This document shows positions 31,026 through 40,999 of a stretch of DNA of 64,000 nucleotides, in pieces. Source of the stretch: the human T2T-CHM13v2.0 reference genome, Homo sapiens. How positions within the stretch are numbered: the stretch's first letter is position 1; every line of letters begins with the position of its first letter. The DNA is taken from the NCBI RefSeq assembly GCF_009914755.1, contig NC_060925.1. One strand, 5' to 3'. The notes beneath the pieces are model-generated. The model saw only the letters and a program-made list of their open reading frames with translations, ran no database searches and was not told the DNA's origin. A program made the position numbers and the translations under genes.

Positions 31026-31671
31026 AGAATATTTGTATGTGCAGTGCACAGTGCTGTGGAGGATATGATGACTGTAGTCAGAGTATTTGTATGTGCAGTG
31101 GATAGTGCTGTGGAGGATATGATGACTGCAGTCAGAGTACTTGTATATGCAGTGGGTAGTGCTGTGGAGGATATGATGACTGTAGTCAGAGTATTTGTAT
31201 ATGCAGTGGGTAGTGCCATGGAGGGTACGATGACTGTAGTCATAGTATTTGTATGTGCAGTGGGCAGTGCCGTTCAGGGTACGATGACTGTAGTCAGAGT
31301 ATTTGTATGTGCAGTGGGTAGTGCTGTGGAGGATATGATGACTGCAGTCAGAGTACTTGTATATGCAGTGGGTAGTGCTGTGGAGGATATGATGACTGTA
31401 GTCAGAGTATTTGTATGTGCAGTGGGTAGTGCTGTGGAGGGTACGATGACTGTAGTCATAGTATTTGTATGTGCAGTGGGCAGTGCCGTTCAGGGTACGA
31501 TGACTGTAGTCAGAGTATTTGTATGTGCAGTGGGCAGTGCTGTGGAGGATATGATGACTGTAGTCAGAGTACTTGTATGTGCAGTGGGTAGTGCTGTGGA
31601 GGGTACGATGACTGTAGTCAGAGTATTTGTATGCAGTGGGTAGTGCTGTGGAGGATATGATGACTGTAGTC
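31026..31671. repeat. 54-bp VNTR, 12 copies (AGAGTATTTGTATGTGCAGTGGGTAGTGCTGTGGAGGATATGATGACTGTAGTC)
   Basis: Units counted directly at 31026, 31080, ... 31620; the last unit is 52 bp. Confidence 0.97.
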
Positions 31672-31851
31672 AGGCCCTTTCCTCCAGGGACCTAACATTT
31701 GGGAAAATTGGATTCCAGACTAATACATCACTTTTAAAAAGCACTGAGTATCTTCTGTGTGCCCAAGTCCTTGCTAGGCCCAGGGAAGGTGTGAAAGACC
31801 TTATAGTCCTTTCTCTCTGATCTGGGGGGCTCTGGCCACTCTGGGCTTCAA

Positions 31852-32049
31852 TGTTGCCTGTGTCTCAGAAGGACAGGACAAGCTCCCACTATGTATGTTC
31901 TCTCCTTGTCTACATCCTGTTGCCTGTGTCTCAGAAGGACAGGACAAGCTCCCACTATGTATGTTCTCTCCTTGCCTACATCCTGTTGCCTGTGTCTCAA
32001 AAGGACAGGGCAAGCTCCCACTATGTATGTTCTCTCCTTGTCTACATCC
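31852..32049. repeat. 66-bp tandem triplication
   Basis: Units at 31852, 31918 and 31984 (TGTTGCCTGTGTCTCAGAAGGACAGG...CTACATCC). Confidence 0.95.
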
Positions 32050-32122
32050 ATACCTTCTCTATACTTCCCAGATTTCACAGGAAAATCTTTGTGAAACCAA
32101 AACTTTCAAAAGAATATATTTG

Positions 32123-32420
32123 GGCTCGGCACGGTGGCTCACACCTGTAATGCCAGCACTTTGGGAGGCTGAAGCAGGAGGATCAACTGAGGCCAGGAGT
32201 TCAAGACCAGCCTGGGCAACATGGCAAAACCCCGTGTCTGCTAAAAATACAAAAATTAGCTGTGGTAGCTCGAGCCTGTAATCCCAGCTGCTTGGGAGGC
32301 TGAAGCGCAAGAATCGCTTGAACCTCGGAGGCAGAGGTTGCAGTGAGCCGAGATCACACTGAGATGGCGCCACTGCACTTTAGCCTGGGAGACAGAGTGA
32401 GACTCTGCCTCCAAAATAAA
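32123..32420 (+). mobile_element. Alu (older J/S type) inserted in the left arm of the inverted repeat
   Basis: Dimeric Alu with diverged TSD AAAAGAATATATTTG / AAAAGAATGTGTTGG. Confidence 0.92.
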
Positions 32421-34965
32421 AAGAATGTGTTGGCTCATGATCAGACTTGAGCACTTGGGCTGAGAGCAAACTGTCATTCCTATTTCCACCAGCTCCTTAG
32501 CTAGAGACTGAATCTGAAGCTGGAAGGAGCAACTTCTTTTGAAGTATTGGATTTTGTTTCTTTATGGGGGAAGGAAGCAAGGAGGGGCAATTCTGGTGCT
32601 CTGAATTCCGTTCCCCATCCGCACCTCCTAGAATAGGGCTGAAGTCTGTCCAGAGTGGAGAGGAATCCCTGCTTCCTGTTACATTCACTGACTAATAGAT
32701 GCTCCTTCCAGCTTCAGATTCAGTCGGACATGTCTAAGGAGCTGGTGGAAACAGGAATAACAGTTCGCTCCTACCCCAAGTGCCTAAGTCTGATCGTGAT
32801 CCAGATACATTCTTTTGAAAGTTTTGGTTTCACAAAGATTTTCCTGTGAAATCTGGGGAGTGTGGAGAAGGTATGGATGTGAACAGGGAGAGAACATACA
32901 TAGTGGGAGTTTATCCTGTCCCTTTGAGACAGGATAGCCCACGCTGAAGCCCAGAGTGGCCACAGCACCCGAGATCAGGGAGAATAAAGCTGAGCAATGA
33001 GTACGAGGGAGGTGTGGAGGCAGGGGTGGCCTCTCTGAGAAAGGGTAGAGAGTCTTGAATGAAGGAGTGAGAGAGCTTTGCCAGTAGAAGGAATTGTAAG
33101 TGGCAAGGCCCCAAAACTCCCTCCTGAAGGCCAGGGAAACTTCTACTCCACACCCTATCTAGAGTGGGGAATGGATAGTTTGCTTCTATCTCATCTGGAT
33201 TTCAGGGCAGTCTAGGGGTATCACAGAATCCTGGAGACAGCAGCATCACTCAGATCCTGAGGGGTAAGAATACAAGGAGAAGCCAGCAGAAGAATCACCT
33301 CTCCTGATGCAGCTACAACTCCCACCCTCCCACTGCCAGTTCCTGCCCCTCTTCTCATGGAGACCATTCCATTCCTGGGTCAGGGCCCCACGATTAACAC
33401 AGCGCACACAGAGCACTCCCTGGGGCGCCAAGTGCTGGTTCTTGGGGTTGGCATTTTACCCCCTTGTCCCCTGGCTGCCTGGTGCTTCCCTGTGAATTTC
33501 ACAGCCAGGTCTGTCCCTGCTGCTCACTGAGCTGCTGCAAGCCTCCTGGGGCCTTTAGGAAGGGGCGGGGCTGCCCTAGGGAGACTGAGAGATGGGCTAC
33601 GTGGCCTGCTGACTTACTCCTGTCCCTAGACCCACCTGCGCACTTGTGCTGGATGACTGGACGAGCCTGTATAGGAAGCCCAGATCACATGGGGGTTACT
33701 AATAACACCCACCTCAAAGGACTACTGGGAGGACGAAAGGGAAACACATGTACAAACATGTGAGAATTCTTGTGTGTTAATACCAGTAACAACTGGTATG
33801 TATGGTTTCACCTTCTGAGAGTCGCAGTGAGAGAAGGTTTTGTGTAAGTCACAACCCCAAGTCCCTACCAGGTCTAGGTGTCCAGTTTCCAAAACAGCAG
33901 GTGGACTTTTCTGGAGAGGGCAGCTAGGAACTAGGGCCTTGGAAAATGAGAGGAACAGCTCTCCTCTGTGCTTACTGAAGCTCTGAAGGTCAGACAGGGT
34001 CAGTGACCTTTTCTCAGGTAAAGCCCTCCAAGGACTGAGGTGGGCCAGCCTCCTTTCAAATGTTCCAGGATTTGGAAAGGCCATTTGGACAAGCACTATT
34101 CAATAAAAATAAACTATAAGCCACATTTATAATCTTAAATTTTCTTTAAAAATGGGTAAAATATATTGTGATATATTTCATTTAACCTAATATATCCAAA
34201 AATATTTCAACATATAATCAATGCTAAACATTATTAATGAGGTATTTTGCATTCTTTTTTAATACTAAGTCTTTGAAACGAGGAGAGTATTTGGCTCTTA
34301 CAAATCAACTCAGTTTGAACCAGCCATGTTTCAAGTGCTCAGTCACCACATGTGGCTCTGGGCCACTGTAGTAGACAGCATAGCAGGGAACAGTTCCCCT
34401 CAGCCCTATTCCCTGCTGCCCAAACCAGGTTTACCAACTCTGACTTCAAGATGACCGCTTGTTTCTTGTGAATCATGACTTTTTGAGGTCTTTTGTCCCA
34501 CCCCAGAAATGCTGGCGTGGCAGAACAGATAACCAGGGAAGAAAAATCTTTATTCTGATTGAAAATAAGGATTTTCAATTATTTTCTTTTCAATTATTAT
34601 TAAGGAAAAAAATGACATATGAAACTCAGAAGTTTATCTTGCCCCTATTATAGATATTGGTTTTTCCATTAGCTTATCTTCCTTCTTAGTACCTGTTTTG
34701 TTTCGGGTTTTTTTAGTTATATGTATAGTATTTGTTTTAAATGCTTGAAAGGTACTTATATACTTTATTCAACAATGAGAATTTTCACCAATTCACACGT
34801 AATTTCCCCCTTCCCTCTTTCCAAACTTTCCTGTACTTTTTTTCCAAAGTGAAAGAAATTTGGTGGTATAGCAACTGTAAAACTCACACTCAATCAGGAG
34901 AGTGGGGATTAGGATGATCTAGAAGTCAGTCTTTTTTTTTGGCACAGTAATAATTTTTCTTTCAG

Positions 34966-35119
34966 GTTTCCACTTCAAGCGTGACCCTTTTGCCTGTGGG
35001 ATGAGCTCCAGCATGGGGTGAGGTACAGAAGAGAGACTTGAAGAGCGTGCCTTGGGACTCAAGCGCCAAACCTGTACCCTAGCGAGTGTCCTACTCCGCA
35101 TCCGTAATGGAAGGAAATG
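34966..35119 (+). other. ZNF672: ZNF672 5'UTR exon 2
   Basis: Strong polypyrimidine acceptor tttttctttcag| and donor ATG|GTATTG. Confidence 0.65.
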
Positions 35120-35462
35120 GTATTGTTGTTTATATGCCGTTTAAGTCTACACGTTGGTATTTGTGCATTTGCCTTCCTTGGGCATGTGCCCTGGGAGGCA
35201 GTGGCCTGGGAGAGGGTGGGCTCCTAGACACATGGTTTGAGAGGTGCCATGGTCTCCAGATACCCGAGGAGGAGGCAGAGCACTCAGTGGGGCCTGAGCA
35301 TTGCTTTCTTTGGCATTTGGGATCAGCCACTGAGTCTCCAGGAAGTTTTTATTTTCAGGAGGGCAAGCATTCCTCTGACCTGACATCTAACTAGAATCAG
35401 CAGCCAGTGTCTGGGTCGAAAGTCCCTCTGGAGGAACCAAGGAGCTCTCTAAAGTCTACTCC

Positions 35463-35742
35463 AGCCTGGGCGTGATGGCTCACGCCTGTAATCCCAGCAC
35501 TCTGGGAGGCCAAAGCAGGTGGATCACCTGAGGTCAGAAGTTCAAAACCAGCCTGGCCAAGATGGTGAAACCCCGTCTCTACTAAAAATACAAAAATTAG
35601 CCAGACACAGTGTCACGTGCCTATAATCCCAGTACTCAGGAGGCTGAGGCAAGGAGAATCCTCGAATCCGAGAGGCAGAGGTTGCAGTGAGCCGAGATGG
35701 AGTGACTGCTCTCTAGCCTGGGCGACAGGGCGAGACTGTCAG
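35463..35742 (+). mobile_element. Alu (AluS-type)
   Basis: Dimeric Alu with TSD AAAGTCTACTCCAG. Confidence 0.9.
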
Positions 35743-36048
35743 AAAGTCTACTCCAGAGCTCCTGCTTGCATTTTTTGTTTAAAAATCATACTAATCATAC
35801 TCTTTGTATAAGATGTCTGGGATTTAAAATACTCTAGAGCTTTGCCCCACCAAAAAAAAAAGTGGAGTGGGGGTGTGGATGAAACAAGAATGGTAAAATG
35901 GTGACTGATCTATGATACTGTTCAGGTTTTCGTATTTTAAAATGTCCATTAAATAAATACCCTCCTCCAGAAAACATTTCCCTCCCTTTCTTCCCCTGCT
36001 CAGTTGTAATTCACATTTTCCCTTTTACTTTATCTCTACTGGGCACAG

Positions 36049-36145
36049 CACATCTTACTCCAGAGGCACAAGAGGAGGACATCCCATGCGGCTACTCCTG
36101 CCCAGCGTGGTGGGGCAGCAGAAGCTCCAGAGCCCAGACTTGCAG
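36049..36145 (+). other. ZNF672: ZNF672 5'UTR exon 3
   Basis: Long pyrimidine tract then cacag| acceptor (alternative AG at 36063); donor CAG|GTTTGC. Confidence 0.55.
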
Positions 36146-37757
36146 GTTTGCTATTTTCACTTTACCCCATTTGTATCCAAAACATAAGGACCCTGTATAT
36201 GGGGGTATTTTAACCAAAGTTCTGAGTATTTATGATGAACTTTCATCTGCTAAGAAGAAAGTGACAGCTGACCATTTTGTTTGTGTCCTCTCCCGCATCT
36301 GTTGAGCGACAAGGGGCTATACTGTACTAGCAACTAGACCTAATCTCCAGTAAGGCTGGAGACTGACCTGTGGCCCCTGAGAGAAGTCGTCAGTGCTGAG
36401 GCCAGGTGAGGAGGGCAGCCACATTGTGCTCTTGACTAGAGGGCATGTGAGGTTCTGTGCACATACTACAAAGGCTGACCCTGTTCCCAGACAGCTGCCC
36501 GGAGCAACCTGTCAGAAGAATTCAGGGATATCATGTGAGACAAATAGGATAATAGAGCAGATTTGGTCTCCGTAAAGGAGTTTTTCTGCTACTCCAGATT
36601 CTCAGATTCCTGTGGCTGAGACAGTGAGGAAATGCTGCAGAATGTTCATAAACAATATGTTTTTCTTGATCAGATTCATCATATTCAAACCTTCACAAAC
36701 AACTTGGATATCCTGACAATTATTATAGAATGGATGCCCCTTGATTCTCCCCAGCCTTTCCTGAAAATGGGAAAAGTGTTCTTGGATAATGCCACCAACT
36801 TTTAATAATGTTTTTTGTGAATTATCTATGCTCCCGTTTTTACCCCTTTACTGGGTCCTGAGTTGCTTTCTCAACTTTGGGGCTGTATACTGGCATGGGG
36901 TAGTGTGTTTATCAAGTGCTGTCCAAAGCCAAGGAACAATATTTTGGGGTTTCTCAAATACCTTCCCTTGGCCAGGCCCCAGCCCCTTCAGTAACTTCAG
37001 GGTCTGAGCCCTTTGCCTAGGCTGTTGCTGCTGGACCTGTTTGTGCTTCATCACATTACCCGCTTTGTTCTTCCAGCCCAAGTCTGGCTGGGTTCATGTC
37101 AGTGACTCAGGAAAGCTGGGTTTTGGAGGAAGGCGTTGGTATAGTCTAAACGCAGGGGACTTCTCACTGCCCCATCCTGCCTTGGTCATTTCCTAATGCA
37201 TCCCCAGACAAGGATCCCCATCTAAGGCCAGCGAACAGGCTTGGCGTTCCTTTCCCTCAGAGCAGTGTTGATGGTTCCCAGGCTAAATGCAAGCTCCCCT
37301 TTGAATCCATTCCTGTTTGTTCTCCAGGACACTTGTAGTTTCCCTCCTGCCCTTCCAAGTGGTTCAAGGACACCCCCTCCCTATTTCCGGGATGCCCATG
37401 GCTTTGCTTTGTCTTGGGGAAGGGAATCCTGGAGATGGACTACCTAAAGAAGTTATAACAAATAGGGAGTTCGTGTTCCCCTCTCCATTCCTTAGGAGCT
37501 GCTGCAGAGGCTCACAATGACCTTCTCCCCACAGGCTCACGGTGCAGGGTGAACCTGGCCACAGCTCACCCTGGAACAGCCACAATGTCTGCCCCTTAGA
37601 GAAGAACCCTGAAATCAGACCAGTTTTTGCGGCCTCCCCCTTTCCTCTCTGTTACAGTGCCCTTTCCAGGCCTTAAGAGAAGTAAAACTTAGCTGCAGCG
37701 TCAGGAGGTGGACCCCAGAGTGTGAGTGGCACGCTTCCCTGTGAACCCGTCCTCACC

Positions 37758-39116
37758 ATGTTTGCCACATCTGGGGCAGTGGCAGCGGGGAAGCCTTACT
37801 CGTGCAGCGAATGTGGCAAGAGCTTCTGCTACAGCTCAGTGCTGCTGCGACATGAACGAGCTCACGGCGGTGACGGCCGCTTCCGTTGCCTAGAATGCGG
37901 TGAGCGCTGTGCACGGGCTGCTGACCTCCGAGCGCACAGGCGCACGCATGCTGGCCAGACCCTCTACATCTGCAGTGAGTGCGGACAAAGCTTCCGCCAC
38001 AGCGGCCGTCTTGACCTACACTTGGGCGCACACCGGCAGCGATGCCGCACTTGCCCCTGCCGCACATGCGGCCGGCGCTTCCCGCACCTCCCGGCGCTGC
38101 TGCTACACCGGCGCCGCCAGCATCTGCCAGAGCGGCCCCGCCGCTGCCCGCTGTGCGCCCGCACCTTCCGGCAGAGCGCGCTGCTCTTCCACCAGGCGCG
38201 GGCGCACCCCTTGGGGACAACCTCTGACCCTGCTGCCCCACCCCACCGCTGCGCGCAGTGCCCGCGAGCCTTCCGAAGCGGCGCCGGGCTGCGGAGTCAC
38301 GCGCGCATCCACGTGTCCCGGAGCCCCACGCGACCCCGTGTCTCAGACGCCCACCAGTGTGGCGTGTGCGGCAAGTGCTTTGGCAAGAGCTCTACGCTGA
38401 CGCGACACCTGCAGACGCACTCGGGGGAGAAACCCTTCAAGTGCCCGGAGTGCGGCAAGGGCTTCCTGGAGAGCGCCACGCTGGTGCGCCACCAGCGCAC
38501 ACACACGGGCGAGAAGCCGTACGCATGTGGCGACTGTGGACGCTGCTTCAGCGAGAGTTCCACGCTGCTGCGCCATCGGCGCAGCCATCAGGGCGAGCGG
38601 CCACATGCGTGCGCCACTTGCGGCAAGGGTTTCGGGCAGCGCTCCGACCTGGTGGTGCACCAGCGCATCCACACGGGCGAGAAGCCCTTCGCGTGCCCCG
38701 AGTGCGGCCGCCGCTTCAGCGACCGCTCGGACCTCACCAAGCACCGGCGCACGCACACGGGCGAGAAGCCCTACCGCTGCGAACTGTGCGGCAAGCGGTT
38801 CACGTGCGTGTCCAATCTCAACGTGCATCGGCGCAACCATGCCGGCCACAAGCCACACAAATGCCCCGAGTGCAGCAAGGCCTTCAGCGTCGCCTCCAAG
38901 CTTGCACTGCACCGCAAGACGCACCTGGGCGAACGGCCAGCGGAGTGCGCAGAGTGCGGCAAGTGCTTCAGCCACAGCCGCTCGCTGTCACAGCATCAGC
39001 GGGCCCACACGCGCGCCCGCACCGCTGCCGCCGTTGCCATCCAGTCCGCAGTGGGCACTGCCCTCGTCTTTGAGGGGCCGGCTGAACAGGAAAAGCCAGG
39101 GTTCTCTGTGTCCTAG
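37758..39116 (+). CDS. ZNF672: Zinc finger protein 672, 452 aa, 14 C2H2 fingers (finger 5 degenerate), no KRAB/SCAN domain; last exon starts at acceptor 37535
   Basis: Kozak caccATG at 37758, TAG at 39114-39116. Tandem CxxC-x12-HxxxH fingers with TGEKP linkers. The CDS is itself a CpG island. Confidence 0.97.
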   Translation: MFATSGAVAAGKPYSCSECGKSFCYSSVLLRHERAHGGDGRFRCLECGERCARAADLRAHRRTHAGQTLYICSECGQSFRHSGRLDLHLGAHRQRCRTCPCRTCGRRFPHLPALLLHRRRQHLPERPRRCPLCARTFRQSALLFHQARAHPLGTTSDPAAPPHRCAQCPRAFRSGAGLRSHARIHVSRSPTRPRVSDAHQCGVCGKCFGKSSTLTRHLQTHSGEKPFKCPECGKGFLESATLVRHQRTHTGEKPYACGDCGRCFSESSTLLRHRRSHQGERPHACATCGKGFGQRSDLVVHQRIHTGEKPFACPECGRRFSDRSDLTKHRRTHTGEKPYRCELCGKRFTCVSNLNVHRRNHAGHKPHKCPECSKAFSVASKLALHRKTHLGERPAECAECGKCFSHSRSLSQHQRAHTRARTAAAVAIQSAVGTALVFEGPAEQEKPGFSVS

Positions 39117-39977
39117 TTGAGGGAGGCTTGCTGAGGCTTCTCTAAAGGTGGTTGGGCAAGCACCTATATAGTATCACGGGGACAGTTGAGGCAACTCGTA
39201 GATGGAGATTTGGGAAAAGACGATGTGGCCTCCTACCTTTCCAGTTTCTGTTGGCAGCCCTTCACGTAGCCTCCTGCCTCGCCTCTACACCTACTACCCT
39301 GTCGGCCCTTTTGCCATGCTGTCCTCGTATAACTCGGATTCTCTCCTCAGGTGTAGGTGCAGGGAGTCAGGGAACCCTTAGACTCCCCTGTGTGCAAGAG
39401 CCCAGGTGTTGGTGTGTCCCTTTAATGCTACTGTGCTCTCTGGTGTTTCTGATTTTCCTGCCTTTATTCTGTCTTCTCTTGTCCTATCTCATTCCAGCCC
39501 ACATCTTCTCCTTTCCTGATTACTTTTGTTGTCCTGCCTCTTCAGGTAATGGTCACAGATTTGGCTGTAGGCACGTTACCAGCCCTGTGGCTTCTTGACT
39601 CTTGGTTCCCTGTTAACTCTGTTTCTGAGAAATGTGGGTATGGAGGTGGGTGGGAAAGCTCACTTCCATGAAGGATGTCTCCATGCTAGGAGCTGCCTGC
39701 ACCCTGGCAGAGGTGGCCAGTCACGTGAAGGTGGGCAGGGCCCTTAGCATGGCCACACATGTCCCCAGGGCAGATCAAGGGGCCTCTCAGAACCATGTTC
39801 CCCAGCCAGGTGAGGACCATTTTCACTGGGACCCAGGCCAAAACCATGTGGGTGCACAAAGCCAGGCACTGCCAAGTGGAACATGAGGTTATTTCCAAAT
39901 CATGGGAGCCACCAGCAGGGAGAGGGCAGGATGGAAAATCCCCTGGAGCCGGTCAACTTTTTGCTCATGGCTAGTGA

Positions 39978-39983
39978 AATAAA
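39978..39983 (+). terminator. ZNF672: ZNF672 polyadenylation signal AATAAA
   Basis: First AATAAA I found after the stop codon, ~860 nt downstream. Confidence 0.8.
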
Positions 39984-40504
39984 GTTGTTTGAGTACTAGA
40001 TGCCAAGTGCCGCCTTTATCAAACCTAAGGCTGCTGACCAGAGTTTGGAAGTGATCTAAGAACAGGTCCATTCAGTTCCAAGGTCTCTTGTACCTTCCCA
40101 GGGCAGCTCAGTGATCTTGCATGGAGGACCACTTGATTCCACACTAAAAGGTAAGACTTCAAGGCCTACATATTGGGTTTTCTCTGTTAATGGCAAGTAC
40201 AAGATGGCTCAGGATCATATGCCTCTATTTCTGCTCCAGCCAGTCGGCCAGGAGTGACCCGGCAGTCTCCAGATTATCCCCGCCTGCTCTATTTGAGTGT
40301 AAGGGTGTGTGTCTTACTCCACAGGAAAGGGCTGCAAACTGTCAAAGTGAGTCTGGAAAGGGTCAGAGGTGAGGGCCTGCAGAGAGAGAAACAGGACCTG
40401 CACCTAAGCTGCATTCTGGTACATGGTTTCAAAGGGATCCAGGATTTCTGCACCTCAGGTGCCAAAACACTTGCTCTGCCCACACATGCCTGCATAAAAT
40501 ACTG

Positions 40505-40510
40505 TTTATT
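40505..40510 (-). terminator. ZNF692: ZNF692 polyadenylation signal AATAAA
   Basis: TTTATT on the + strand, ~185 nt downstream of the ZNF692 stop. Confidence 0.8.
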
Positions 40511-40692
40511 TTGTCCTTTAGGAAGACTAAAGTAGTCCAGCTCCCCTACAGCCCAGTCTTGCCCCCACCCTGCACTCTGTCGCCTTAGTTCCTGGGGACC
40601 AAGCATCTGGCATTTCTCAAGCAGACCCTCTCCTTGTTGCTCCTTTTCAGTCCCTGGAGTCTGGCTTCCCAAAGCCAAAGCTGGAGGAGAGC

Positions 40693-40999
40693 TCATTGCT
40701 GAGGAAGCAGGGTTGGAGCCTGAGGAGATGCAGAGGGCCTGGACCCCTCGCTGGATCCCAGAGGCCCAGGGGCAGAGATGCTGGGACAGGGCTCTAGGGG
40801 ACCACTGGGTGACTCTTGAGGGGCTAGAAGCAGGGCTGGGTGACTTTTGCTACGGTGGGCTGCAACACTGTCTGGCTTCTCAAAGCGCTTGCCGCAGAAT
40901 TCACAGGGGAAGCGCAAGGCAGCCACCGTCTCTGCATGCTTGCGCTGGTGCCAGTTCAGGGAAGCCTTCTGGCGGCAGGTAAACCCGCATATCTCACAC
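40693..40999 (-). CDS. ZNF692: ZNF692 last coding exon (fingers 4-5, CEICGFTCRQKASLNWHQRKH...LLPQQ*)
   Basis: ctccag| acceptor at 41001-41000, TGA at 40695-40693. The 11 exons sum to 1560 nt = 519 aa plus stop. Confidence 0.95.

Larger units (their letters stand above)
31811..32984. repeat. Long non-Alu inverted repeat: left arm 31811-32531 (interrupted by the triplication and an Alu), right arm 32700-32984
   Basis: The reverse complement of 32700-32984 aligns to the left arm. 32067-32115 and 32809-32857 are exact reverse complements (49 bp). Confidence 0.93.

Noticed and set aside
30969-31643. 224-aa hydrophobic repeat ORF (MMTVVRVFVCAVGSAVED)n
   Set aside because: It is a by-product of a 54-bp (18-codon) stop-free VNTR unit. 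It is intronic, the listed start is non-ATG, and it has no supported exon boundaries.
31026-31671. VNTR as a CRISPR-like array or box C/D snoRNA cluster (ATGATGA in many units)
   Set aside because: There are no unique spacers, the context is human, and no box D (CTGA) pairs with the box-C-like motif.
37722-37757. 464-aa N-terminally extended ZNF672
   Set aside because: It relies on a GTG start. The ATG at 37758 has a good Kozak context and gives 452 aa.
38258-39120. Long alternative-frame and antisense ORFs (197-271 aa) over ZNF672
   Set aside because: These are expected shadow ORFs in very GC-rich, repetitive zinc-finger codons, mostly with non-ATG starts.
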